Below, piece by piece: positions 1 through 9,028 of a stretch of DNA of 64,000 bases. Where the stretch lies: assembly GCA_963771275.1 (NCBI GenBank), contig CAVYSW010000003.1, positions 1,632,001-1,696,000 on the forward strand, written 5' to 3'. Numbering within the stretch: position 1 is the first letter of the stretch; each line of letters starts with the position of its first letter. The position numbers and the translations under genes were made by a program. The notes under the pieces are model-generated. The model did no database searches, was not told the origin of the DNA, and saw nothing but the letters and a program-made list of their open reading frames with translations. Source of the stretch: an uncultured Gemmatimonadales bacterium (lineage in GTDB: Bacteria > Gemmatimonadota > Gemmatimonadetes > Gemmatimonadales > GWC2-71-9).

Positions 1-12
1 CCACGGGACGGC

Positions 13-1080
13 ATGACCGGACTGCCGCTGCCCCTGCCGTTTGGTGATCGGGTCTTCTGGCTCCTCAGCCTTTCCATCGTGCTCGTGGCGCTGTGTGCCG
101 TCGGGATGATCGCCACGGCGCTGGTGCTCCGCTGGCGCAACAACCGCACCGCACGCCGGTGGACCGCGCGCGAGGCGGTCTGGGACCCCGTGATGCTCGA
201 CGTGCTCGAAGGCGTCCGGCCACCGGAGGAGCTGACCGGCCTCGTCCGGCAGACTGATCGCCGCCACTTCGTGACCTATCTGCTGCGCTACGCGCGGACG
301 GTGCGGGGCGGGGGCCGAGCGATCGTGCAGGGTCTCGCGCGGCCGCACCTGCCGCTGGTGGCGGCGGAGTGCGCGCACCGGCGGGCGGAGCGTCGGGCCC
401 TCGCGGTGCAGATCCTCGGCGAGCTCGGTCCCCACGAGTACCGCGAGCAGATCGCCGGCGCGCTCGACGACTCGGCGCCGCTCGTCACGGTCATCGCCGC
501 CGGCGCCATCGCCCGCGACTACTCACCGCACGACGTTCGCCACCTGCTCGAACGGGTCGGCCAGCTCGAGCTGTGGACGGTCCGGTTTCTCGTCTCGCTG
601 TTGCAGCGCATGGGGCCGCAGTCGGCGTGGGCGTTCCGCGAGGTCCTGGGAGACGCGACCCGCCCCGACCGGCTCCGCGCGATCGCGGGCCACGTGCTCG
701 CCCAGTTCAACGACTTGCCGTCCGGCGACCTCGCGGCCGGCGTGCTCGAGACGTCGCGCGATCCCGACCTCCAGGTCGCCGCGCTGCGGGTGCTGGAGCA
801 CGTGGGGACGGCCGAACACCTGGGGATCGTGCGCGCGCTGGCGCGCGACCCGGAGCCGGCGGTGCGCGGCAACGCGATCCGGGTGCTGGCCGCGGTGGGT
901 GGGGACGCGGAGGTGCCGACGATCCGCGAGGCGCTCGACGACGAGTCGCATTGGGTCGCGATCCACGCGGTCGGTGCCCTCAAGCGGCTGGGACGCGCCG
1001 ACCTGCTGCGCACGCTGGTGGAGACCGGGCACCGCTGGTCGATGGCCGTCCACGAGGTCTTCCTTCCCGGGACCGCATGA
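13..1080 (+). CDS. Membrane-anchored HEAT-repeat protein
   Basis: N-terminal hydrophobic helix, then HEAT/PBS-like repeats (e.g. ALDDSAPLV, LARDPEPAVRGNAIRVL, ALDDESHWVAIHAVGAL). Stop overlaps the next ATG. Confidence 0.8.
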   Translation: MTGLPLPLPFGDRVFWLLSLSIVLVALCAVGMIATALVLRWRNNRTARRWTAREAVWDPVMLDVLEGVRPPEELTGLVRQTDRRHFVTYLLRYARTVRGGGRAIVQGLARPHLPLVAAECAHRRAERRALAVQILGELGPHEYREQIAGALDDSAPLVTVIAAGAIARDYSPHDVRHLLERVGQLELWTVRFLVSLLQRMGPQSAWAFREVLGDATRPDRLRAIAGHVLAQFNDLPSGDLAAGVLETSRDPDLQVAALRVLEHVGTAEHLGIVRALARDPEPAVRGNAIRVLAAVGGDAEVPTIREALDDESHWVAIHAVGALKRLGRADLLRTLVETGHRWSMAVHEVFLPGTA

Positions 1081-2534
1081 TGGTCCCGTGGCTGTGGCGG
1101 GGCCTCTGGCTCTTGAACGCCGTCGTCCTCGCCTACTTCGTGCTGCTCAACACGATCTACCTGCTCACCAGCCTGGTCGCCTTCAAGTCGCTGCGGCGCT
1201 ACGTGCATCGCCTGCGCTCGCTCGACGTCGAGGAGCTGATCGGCTCGGGAGCGGCTCCGGCGATCACGCTGGTCGTGCCGGCCTACGGCGAAGAGGCGAC
1301 CTGCGTCGAGGCGACCCAGGCCCTGCTGACGCTGCGCTACTCGGAGTATGACGTGGTCGTCGTGAACGACGGCTCACCCGACCGCACGCTCGCGGTGCTG
1401 ACGGAGGCGTTCGAGCTCGTGCCGGCCGCGCGCCTGCCGTCGGCCGCCATCCCGACCGCCCGGGTGCGCCAGATGTACCGCAGTCGGCGTCACGCGAACC
1501 TCTGGGTCGTGGACAAGGAGAACGGCGGGAAGTCCGACGCCCTCAACGCCGGCCTCAACGCCTGCCGCACGCCCCTGTTCTGCGTCATCGACGCCGACAG
1601 CATCCTCGAGCCCGACGCCCTGATGCGCGTGACCCGGCCGTTCCTCGAGGATGAGCGCACCGTTGCGGTGGGCGGGATCATCCGCATTGCCAACGGCTCC
1701 ACGATCGCGGGCGGCCGGGTGCGCGACGTGCGGCTGCCGCACAGCCTGCTCGCGCGGCTCCAGGTGCTCGAGTACCTTCGGGCCTTCCTGTCGGCCCGGG
1801 TCGCCTGGGCGGAGCTGAACGCGACCCTGATCATCTCCGGCGCGTTCGGGCTGTTCAAGCGGGGCATCGTGGTCGAAGCGGGCGGCTTCGCGACGGACAC
1901 GGTGGGCGAGGACATGGAGCTGGTGGTGCGCCTGCACCGCCACTGCCGCGAGCGGGGCATCCCCTACCGCATCACGTTCGTGCCGGATCCCGTCGCGTGG
2001 ACCGAGTGCCCCGAGACGCTCGGCGCGCTCTCGCGGCAGCGGGACCGCTGGCAGCGCGGGCTGGCGGAGTCGCTCGTGCGGCACCGCCGCATGCTGTTCA
2101 ACCCCCGGTTCGGCGCGGTGGGGCTGCTCGCCTACCCGTACTTCTTCTTCCTCGAGATGCTCGGCCCGGTGGTCGAGATCGTGGGCTACGTCGCCTTCGC
2201 GGCGGTCCTGGTGCTCGGGCAGTGGTCGGCGGCGTACCTCATGGCCTTCCTCTCCCTGGCCGTCTTCTTCGGCATTGCCCTCTCGGCGGCCGCCATCGGC
2301 CTGGAGGAGCTCACGTTCCGCCGCTACTCGCGGTGGGCCGACCTGCGGCAACTCTTCTGGCTCGCGATTCTGGAGAACGCGGGCTACCGTCAGCTCACCG
2401 TCTGGTGGCGGGTGCGGGGGCTGTTGTCGAGCGTGTTCCGGGTGCGCCGCTGGGGACACCAGAAGCGCAAGGGCTTCGCCCAACGCCCGCCGCCGGCCGG
2501 CCCGCCGCCCGCCGCGGGGCCGGTGGGGCGCTAG
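1077..2534 (+). CDS. Processive glycosyltransferase family 2 (PgaC/IcaA-like)
   Basis: Motifs VVNDGS, ENGGKSDALN, DADS, SGAFGLF, GEDMEL and QRDRW (QxxRW); N- and C-terminal TM helices. Real start is the ATGA overlap at 1077 inside ORF 369..2534. Confidence 0.9.
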   Translation: MMVPWLWRGLWLLNAVVLAYFVLLNTIYLLTSLVAFKSLRRYVHRLRSLDVEELIGSGAAPAITLVVPAYGEEATCVEATQALLTLRYSEYDVVVVNDGSPDRTLAVLTEAFELVPAARLPSAAIPTARVRQMYRSRRHANLWVVDKENGGKSDALNAGLNACRTPLFCVIDADSILEPDALMRVTRPFLEDERTVAVGGIIRIANGSTIAGGRVRDVRLPHSLLARLQVLEYLRAFLSARVAWAELNATLIISGAFGLFKRGIVVEAGGFATDTVGEDMELVVRLHRHCRERGIPYRITFVPDPVAWTECPETLGALSRQRDRWQRGLAESLVRHRRMLFNPRFGAVGLLAYPYFFFLEMLGPVVEIVGYVAFAAVLVLGQWSAAYLMAFLSLAVFFGIALSAAAIGLEELTFRRYSRWADLRQLFWLAILENAGYRQLTVWWRVRGLLSSVFRVRRWGHQKRKGFAQRPPPAGPPPAAGPVGR

Positions 2535-2621
2535 CCCGGGTCGGGGGACGGCGCCCTCCTTGCCGCGCGGTGGGCGCCGGGGTATCAGGGAACGCATTCA
2601 CCATTTCGGCAGGAGCTGATC

Positions 2622-2837
2622 ATGGAGCTCGAGCGCGAGAGCCACTCGCTGGATCCGGTGCGTCAGGCGCTGCAGGAATTCGAGGAGGCGGTTGTCGCCC
2701 GCGAGCACCGCTCCCTCGTCGAGAGCAAGGTCATGAAGCAGCAGGCCGCCGACCGCGCGCGCGCGCGCGTGATCGACGAAATCATGCAGCTGGTGCGGCG
2801 GACGATTGCCGAGCGGGAGGGGAAGGGAAGGGCCTAG
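2622..2837 (+). CDS. Small hypothetical helical protein (71 aa)
   Basis: AGGAG Shine-Dalgarno upstream; charged amphipathic sequence; fills the gap between the GT2 gene and infA. Confidence 0.6.
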   Translation: MELERESHSLDPVRQALQEFEEAVVAREHRSLVESKVMKQQAADRARARVIDEIMQLVRRTIAEREGKGRA

Positions 2838-3055
2838 CTCTTGTGGCGGAACGTGATGCGACCGCGGCTCAAATCGTAGGGGGACACCTCGACGGTGACG
2901 CGATCGCCCTGGAGCACGCGGATCCGGAAGCGACGCATCTTGCCCGCGATCGTGGCCAGGACCGTATGACCGTTCTCGAGCTCGACCCGAAAGGTCGCGT
3001 TCGGGAGCACCTCCTTGACGGTTCCCTCTAGGACGATCGACTCTTCTTTGGACAT
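2834..3055 (-). CDS. infA: Translation initiation factor IF-1
   Basis: [30 protein letters not shown]...GKMR...[21 protein letters not shown] is the canonical IF-1 sequence. Confidence 0.98.
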   Translation of the reverse strand: MSKEESIVLEGTVKEVLPNATFRVELENGHTVLATIAGKMRRFRIRVLQGDRVTVEVSPYDLSRGRITFRHKS

Positions 3056-3100
3056 ACCACTCCGGGGCTCGACAGGGCAGCGGCAAACATAGCCTACAAT

Positions 3101-3128
3101 CGGGGTTCCCGCCCGCCACGAAACCCCG
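3101..3128 (-). terminator. Stem-loop downstream of the cold-shock gene (possible terminator)
   Basis: CGGGGTT...AACCCCG inverted repeat between csp and infA; weak U-tract. Confidence 0.35.
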
Positions 3129-3191
3129 CAGCGCGTCGGGCCGCCCCAAGCGGATCGGGACGGCCCGACGCATCTCCGTAATCCGGCGCGA

Positions 3192-3404
3192 TCAGCCGCC
3201 CAGCTTCACGACGTTCTGCGCCGCCGGGCCTTTCTCGCCCTGGACGATCTCGAACTCGACGCGCTCGCCCTCGGCCAGGGTCTTGAAGCCCTGCATCTGA
3301 ATGGCGGTGTGATGGACGAAGCAGTCCTTCTCCCCGCTATCCGGCGTGATGAACCCGAAGCCCTTGGCGTCGTTGAACCACTTTACTTTCCCGGTGGTAC
3401 GCAT
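3192..3404 (-). CDS. cspA: Cold-shock protein (CSD)
   Basis: [15 protein letters not shown] (RNP1) and DCFVHHTAI (RNP2); 70 aa. The paralogue name is uncertain. Confidence 0.95.
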   Translation of the reverse strand: MRTTGKVKWFNDAKGFGFITPDSGEKDCFVHHTAIQMQGFKTLAEGERVEFEIVQGEKGPAAQNVVKLGG

Positions 3405-3603
3405 GACCGTACTCCCTACCTCTGGTTGTGTCGTTCGTCGGAGACGGCAGTGCCGTACCTACCGACTACTTGGCGCGTGCGCGGCCGTTGCCCCCGCGGA
3501 AGGCTGTCGCTGTGCGACGGCGTAAAGGGTAGTGCGCGGGCCGTCATCTGTCAAAGCCCTGCGGAGCAATGGGTTGACGCGGCCCGGGGGCGCGTCGGCC
3601 GGG

Positions 3604-4359
3604 TCAATTGAGCTTGCTGAACCGGTCGAGAAACGCGCGCTCGTCGGGCGTGAGGCTCGCCAGGCCGGTCCCGGAGATCTTGTCGAGAATCCGGTTCAGC
3701 TCCTCCTGGTTCAGCGGATGGAGCTCCTCGCCCCGGATCGCCCGCCACCGGCTCAGGTCCTGCACGTCCGCCGACCGCTTCTGAACCGGTGCGGCCCGCC
3801 TCTGGAACCGGGCCGCCGCGGAGTTGGCTTCGGCGAGCTTCAGGAAGAGGAACCCCCCAACGAACCCGCCAAGGTGCGCGAAATGCGCGACGCCGCCGCC
3901 CCGGGTCACGGCGCCGAACACCGAGATCACCGTGAAGCCGGCCACGAGCAGCCACATCTCGACGGGCAGCACGCCCCAGATGTAGACCTTCTCGCGTGGC
4001 CAGTACCGCGCGAACCCGTAGAGCACGCCGAAGATTGCCCCCGACGCCCCCACGACGAGCGCGTTGGGCGTCATCACGGAGGCGACCGCGCCCATCAGCC
4101 CGCTGGTGAAATAGAGGCCCAGGAAGCGTCCACTCCCGAGCCGGGCCTCGAGCCGCGGCCCGAAGAAGAACAGGCCCACCATGTTGAACAGCAGGTGCAG
4201 AAAGCCCGCATGGATGAACATGTACGTGACCGGCGTCCACGGCCGGGTCAGCACGCCGGCGGGCCAGAGGCCCAGGATCCGCTCGGTCCCGGGTACGGTG
4301 CTGGTGAGCAGGAACATCGCCGCGTTGGCGAAGATCAGGCGGGTGACCCAGGGTGTCAT
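3604..4359 (-). CDS. Rhomboid family intramembrane serine protease with C-terminal helical domain
   Basis: HLLFNM, GASG catalytic Ser and AHFAHLGG catalytic His; C-terminal NRILDKIS..G..SLT..E..FL motif. Start taken at MTPWV. Confidence 0.92.
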   Translation of the reverse strand: MTPWVTRLIFANAAMFLLTSTVPGTERILGLWPAGVLTRPWTPVTYMFIHAGFLHLLFNMVGLFFFGPRLEARLGSGRFLGLYFTSGLMGAVASVMTPNALVVGASGAIFGVLYGFARYWPREKVYIWGVLPVEMWLLVAGFTVISVFGAVTRGGGVAHFAHLGGFVGGFLFLKLAEANSAAARFQRRAAPVQKRSADVQDLSRWRAIRGEELHPLNQEELNRILDKISGTGLASLTPDERAFLDRFSKLN

Positions 4360-4439
4360 AAGCCCGTAGTTTAGGGGGTCCGTGCCGGCGCGTGAACCCT
4401 TGACCGCCGGCTCGGCTCCCTCACTGTCCTGGAGGCACC

Positions 4440-4895
4440 ATGCGGCTGACGGCATCGGCGGTGCTCGGATTGGCGCTGCTCACGGCGTGCGCGCGGTTGA
4501 CGTTCCAGCATCCGACGGCCGCGCTGGTCGCCATCGAGCTGACCGGCGTGGGACTGCAGGGTGGGGCCCTGACCCTGCAGCTCGACGTGCACAACCCCAA
4601 CGCCTTCGACCTGCGAACGACCAGGATCGCGGTCGGGCTCGACCTCGACGGGACGCACTTCGGGGACCTGGACCTCGCGCGCGACATTGCGCTGCCCGCC
4701 GGTCGGACGAGTCGCGTGGAGCTGCCGCTCAGCTTCGTGTGGAGCGGTGTCGGAGCCGGTGCCCGCGCCATGCTGGGCCGGGGTGCGGTCCGCTATGATC
4801 TCACCGGCCGCCTGTTCGTCCAGACGCCGATCGGCGAGCGCGCCGTCGGCGTCCGGGTGGGTGGGGACGTGACGCTCAGGGACCTCGTGCCGTAG
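4440..4895 (+). CDS. LEA type 2 / WHy-domain lipoprotein
   Basis: Lipobox LTAC; VHNPNAFDL motif; beta-rich; GGAGG SD. Confidence 0.8.
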   Translation: MRLTASAVLGLALLTACARLTFQHPTAALVAIELTGVGLQGGALTLQLDVHNPNAFDLRTTRIAVGLDLDGTHFGDLDLARDIALPAGRTSRVELPLSFVWSGVGAGARAMLGRGAVRYDLTGRLFVQTPIGERAVGVRVGGDVTLRDLVP

Positions 4896-5460
4896 CGAGT
4901 CGCGCGACCTCCGCGTGGCGAAAGCACCGCACCAGGTGGTCGTTCACCAGCCCCGCCGCCTGCATGTATGCGTAGCAGATCGTCGAGCCCACGAAGCGGA
5001 AGCCCAGCTCCCGCAGGGCCCGGCTCATCCGGTCGGAGTCGGTGGAGGTCGCCGGAATCTGCCGCAGCGCCTTGCGGACGGGCTGTCGGGGCGCGCCGCC
5101 CACGAAGCTCCAGATGAAGGCGTCGAACGAGCCGTATCGCCGCTGGACGGCGAGGAACGCGCGCGCATTCCCGATCGTGGCCGCGATCTTCTGCTGATTG
5201 CGCACGATGCCCGCATCGGCCATCAGCCGGGCCACCGAGCGCCGGTGGTAGCGGGCGACGCGGCGCGGGTCGAACCCGTCGAACGCGCGGCGGAACCGCT
5301 CCCGCTTGTTGAGGATAGTGGACCAGCTGAGCCCCGCCTGGAACGCGTCGAGCACGAGAAACTCGAAGTGCCGGCGGTCGTCGTGCAGCGGCACGCCCCA
5401 CTCCTCGTCGTGATACGCGCGCATCAGATCGCTGGACTCGCACCACTCGCATCGCTGCAT
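4876..5460 (-). CDS. tag: DNA-3-methyladenine glycosylase I
   Basis: RCEW, YHDEEWGVP, FQAGLSWSTILNKR, FVGSTICYAYMQAAGLVNDHLVRC. Confidence 0.95.
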   Translation of the reverse strand: MQRCEWCESSDLMRAYHDEEWGVPLHDDRRHFEFLVLDAFQAGLSWSTILNKRERFRRAFDGFDPRRVARYHRRSVARLMADAGIVRNQQKIAATIGNARAFLAVQRRYGSFDAFIWSFVGGAPRQPVRKALRQIPATSTDSDRMSRALRELGFRFVGSTICYAYMQAAGLVNDHLVRCFRHAEVARLATARGP

Positions 5461-5514
5461 CGGCGTCCCTCCCGGCGCGCGGCGCGCGGCTGGTCACGCC
5501 GCCGTTGTGACGGT

Positions 5515-5523
5515 ATTCTATCA
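5515..5523 (-). promoter_or_regulatory. Extended -10 element (TGnTAGAAT) upstream of tag
   Basis: Minus strand reads TGATAGAAT about 55 nt upstream of the ATG; GGAGG SD also present. Confidence 0.5.
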
Positions 5524-5636
5524 GCCGGTCTCCGCGACGGCATCGGCACCCGAACCCGCTCGTCCCGTTCTGCCGCCACGCGCCGGGAGTCGCCGTTTGT
5601 GCCAACCGGTCCTCGTACCTCCTTCGGGGTGATGCC

Positions 5637-7517
5637 ATGACGCCCGTCCCGCTCCTCCTCGCCGCAGCGCTGCAGGTGGCGATGCAGCAGGTCCAGGACA
5701 GCTCGCCGTTCCGCCCGCTCGCGCTCCCGACGCCGACCGCGGTCCGCGCGGCCGACGGCCGCCCCGGACCCGGCTACTGGCAGCAGCGCGTCGATTACAC
5801 GATCAGCGCGCGCCTCGACCCCGACCGCCAGCTGCTCAGCGGCCGCGAGACGATCCGCTACGTGAACCGCTCACTCCAGGACCTCGGGTACCTGTGGCTG
5901 TTCCTCGACCAGAACATCTGCGCACCGACCAGCGTGGCCAGCCAGCTGAACCAGCCGCCACTCGTGTTCCAGGACGACGTGTTCGATTTCTCCTGCCTCG
6001 GCTTCGCCGGCGGTGTCACGCTGGACTACGTCCGCGACGCCGGCCGCGAGTTGCCCTACACGGTGCACGGCACCACCATGCGGATCGAGCTGGCCGAGCC
6101 GCTCAAGCCCGGCGCGACCATCCGGCTCGACATCGGCTGGCAGTTCCCGGTGCCGGCGTACGGTGCGGGCCGCATGGGACGGGACGGCACGCTGTACGAG
6201 ATCGCCCAATGGTACCCGCGGGTGGCGGTGTTCGACGACGTGCGCGGGTGGAACAGCGATCCGTACATCGGGGCAGGAGAGTTCTACCTCGAGTACGGCA
6301 GCTTCGACGTCGCGCTGACGTTGCCGGCGAGCTACGTGGTCGCGGCGACCGGCGTGCTGCAGAATCCCTCCGACGTGCTCACCGCGGCCCAGCGCGAGCG
6401 CCTCGCGCGCGCGGCCCGGTCGGCGACGCCGGTGGCGGTGATCGCGGCGGCGGAGGCCGGCCAGCGGGCCAGCCGGCCGACGACGACCGGCACGCTCACC
6501 TGGCGGTTCGTGGCCGACAGCGTGCGCGATTTCGCGTTCGCCGCGGCGCCCAACCTGCGGTGGGACGCGACCAGCTGGCACGGCGTCCTCATCCAGACGT
6601 TCTATCGCCCGCAGGCCAAGCTCTGGGAAGAGGCCATCCGCATGGCCGAGCACACGATCCGGCACTTCAGCGAGCGCCTGTATCCCTATCCGTATCCCCA
6701 GGCGAGCACGATCGAGGGGCCGATCGCCGGCATGGAATACCCGATGCTCACGTTCGTGCCGGCGGGCGCGACCCGCGAGGACCTGCACTGGACCCTGATG
6801 CACGAGTTCGGCCACGAGTGGTACCCGATGATCGTGGGCTCGAACGAGCGGCTGTACCCCTGGATGGACGAGGGCTTCAACACGTTCATCGACATCGAGG
6901 CCACCGAGGACTATTTCACAGGCACGGCGTACGCCGACACGATCGGCCAGATGCCGCTCCACTTCTACCGGCAGCATGCCGTGCCGGGACACGAGCAGCC
7001 GCTCAGCACCAGACCCGTCGAGTCGCGCGACCTGTTCTGGACGGGGTACTACAAGCCGGCCCTGATGCTGCAGCTGCTCCGCTTCGAGGTGCTGGGCAAG
7101 GAGCGGTTCGACCGCGCGTTCCGCGCCTACACCGACGCCTGGGCGTTCAAGCACCCGGCGCCGGCCGACTTCTTCCGCATGATGCGCAACGAGACAGGCG
7201 TCGACCTCGACTGGTTCTGGCGCGGCTGGATCTACACCACCGGCCGGCTCGATCAGGCGGTGGATTCGGTCACCGCAGGGCAGGATGGCGTCGCGATCCA
7301 TCTCTCCGACCGCGGCACGATGGTGATGCCGGCCGAGCTCGCCCTCACGTTCCCCGGCGGGCGCACCGAAGTCGTGAAGCTGCCGGTCGACATGTGGAAC
7401 CCCGGCCGGCGGTTCACCTATCGCTATCGGGGCAAGGACGTACCCGCGGCCGTGCAGCTCGATCCGCGCGGCGTGCTGCCCGACGTCGACCGCGCGAACG
7501 ACCGCTGGCCGCGCTGA
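5637..7517 (+). CDS. Secreted M1 family zinc aminopeptidase
   Basis: Signal peptide; GRPGPGYWQQR; GMEYP; HEFGH-x18-E (WMDEGF). Confidence 0.92.
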   Translation: MTPVPLLLAAALQVAMQQVQDSSPFRPLALPTPTAVRAADGRPGPGYWQQRVDYTISARLDPDRQLLSGRETIRYVNRSLQDLGYLWLFLDQNICAPTSVASQLNQPPLVFQDDVFDFSCLGFAGGVTLDYVRDAGRELPYTVHGTTMRIELAEPLKPGATIRLDIGWQFPVPAYGAGRMGRDGTLYEIAQWYPRVAVFDDVRGWNSDPYIGAGEFYLEYGSFDVALTLPASYVVAATGVLQNPSDVLTAAQRERLARAARSATPVAVIAAAEAGQRASRPTTTGTLTWRFVADSVRDFAFAAAPNLRWDATSWHGVLIQTFYRPQAKLWEEAIRMAEHTIRHFSERLYPYPYPQASTIEGPIAGMEYPMLTFVPAGATREDLHWTLMHEFGHEWYPMIVGSNERLYPWMDEGFNTFIDIEATEDYFTGTAYADTIGQMPLHFYRQHAVPGHEQPLSTRPVESRDLFWTGYYKPALMLQLLRFEVLGKERFDRAFRAYTDAWAFKHPAPADFFRMMRNETGVDLDWFWRGWIYTTGRLDQAVDSVTAGQDGVAIHLSDRGTMVMPAELALTFPGGRTEVVKLPVDMWNPGRRFTYRYRGKDVPAAVQLDPRGVLPDVDRANDRWPR

Positions 7518-7538
7518 CCGGTCAGCGGACCGGCCCGC

Positions 7539-8528
7539 TCAAGCCGGAGTGCGCGCGGCCGCCGCGAGGCGCCGCACGATGTCGCCGGCCGGCAGGATCT
7601 CGTGGATGCCAGCGACGCTCTTGCCCGCCTGCCAATAGTCGCGCACCCCGCGCTCGTCGAGCGACGCGCGCTTGAGCTGCCAGAGGGAGCGCAGCGCGTA
7701 GACGGTGCGCATCCAGTGCTTGGTGCGCCGATGCCGCAGCATCCAGCGCGCGATGGGGCCTGCCGTGAGGCCCATGCGCTCGATGAACGGCGTCCGGATC
7801 ACCGCGACCGGGACGCCCGTGATCCGCTCGGTGAGGACGATGTCCTGTTCGCGCGCCCGGACGATGGCCTCCTTGTACGCGGCGCTCGCACGGCATTCCG
7901 GCGTCGCGATGAAGCGCGTGCCGAGCTGCGCGCCGGCGTAGCCCAGTCGGAGGGCGGCGACGAACCCCGGAGCGTCGGCGATCCCGCCGGCACAGACCAA
8001 CGGCACGCCCAGGTTTCCCAGCTCGTCCATCAGGGCCTCGGCGCTGTTCGGCCCCGCGTGGCCGCCGGCCCGGCAGTTCACGGCGATCAGGCCGTCCACC
8101 CCGCCGTCCAGCGCCTTGAGCGCCCACTTGCGCTCGGTGACGTCGTGGTACACCACGCCGCCGGCCGACGCCACGAGCGTGACCACCCACCGCGGATTGC
8201 CGAGTGACGTGACGAAGAAGCGCACGCCCTCTTCCAGGGCGATCGTGACCCAGCGCTCCATCCGTTCGCGGTACGCGCGCGACGCCTGCTCGATCAGGGC
8301 GTTCATCCCGATCGGTTTCGCCGTGAGCCGCCGGATGAGGCGCAGACCCTCGCGATAGTCGTGACCGTGCACGTACGTGAGCGAGATCGGCTGCACGATG
8401 CCGATCCCGCCGGCCTCCGAGACCGCGGCGACCAGCTCGGGATTGCTGCAGGGGTACATCGCGCCGCAGATGAGCGGCACCTCAATGCCGACGCGGCGCG
8501 TGAGCGGCGTGTCGAGCGACGTCGTCAT
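7539..8528 (-). CDS. Nitronate monooxygenase family flavoprotein (FabK-like)
   Basis: PLICGAM, LVAAVSEAGGIG, AGGHAG, AGGIAD, GAQLGTRFIAT.E, WQAGKSV. Confidence 0.88.
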   Translation of the reverse strand: MTTSLDTPLTRRVGIEVPLICGAMYPCSNPELVAAVSEAGGIGIVQPISLTYVHGHDYREGLRLIRRLTAKPIGMNALIEQASRAYRERMERWVTIALEEGVRFFVTSLGNPRWVVTLVASAGGVVYHDVTERKWALKALDGGVDGLIAVNCRAGGHAGPNSAEALMDELGNLGVPLVCAGGIADAPGFVAALRLGYAGAQLGTRFIATPECRASAAYKEAIVRAREQDIVLTERITGVPVAVIRTPFIERMGLTAGPIARWMLRHRRTKHWMRTVYALRSLWQLKRASLDERGVRDYWQAGKSVAGIHEILPAGDIVRRLAAAARTPA

Positions 8529-8557
8529 TGGCGCAACGCGCGCCGGCCGCGACGCGC

Positions 8558-9028
8558 CTAGCGACCGGGCGGGCCGGTGCAGCCCTCCCGGCGGCGGGTG
8601 TCCGCGATCTGGATGATCCGCCAGCCGTCGTCCATGCGGGCCAGCAGGAAGGCGTCCACGCCGCAGTGGGTGAGGGTGCCGTCCGCGTAGAACGCATACG
8701 GGGTCCAGACGGCGGCGAGATCACCGTCGATCCGGACCTCCGGATCCCAGAACTGTTCGTCCAGGTGGGCGGTCGCGCCCGCGACGCCGGCGATGAAGCG
8801 CGCGACCGGCACGGCGCGCACGACGACGTGCCCCTGCTGGTCACGTGCCGGTCCCGACAGGATGGCCTCCGGATGGAGCACCGCGTGGAGCGCCACGGTG
8901 TCCTTCGCCCGCATCGCGTCGAACAGGCGTTGCACGACCGCGATGACGTCGGCCGTCGCGTCCTGGGCGGGGAGCCGGGCCGGCGCCAGGCCGGCCAGCA
9001 GCATCAGGGTCACGGCGCCGGGCTTCAC
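8558..9028 (-). CDS. Secreted NTF2/SnoaL-like protein
   Basis: GTG start overlapping the upstream TGA; signal peptide; LFDAMRAKDT, EVRIDGDLAAVWTPYAFY, HCGVDAF, WRIIQIADT. Confidence 0.8.
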   Translation of the reverse strand: MKPGAVTLMLLAGLAPARLPAQDATADVIAVVQRLFDAMRAKDTVALHAVLHPEAILSGPARDQQGHVVVRAVPVARFIAGVAGATAHLDEQFWDPEVRIDGDLAAVWTPYAFYADGTLTHCGVDAFLLARMDDGWRIIQIADTRRREGCTGPPGR

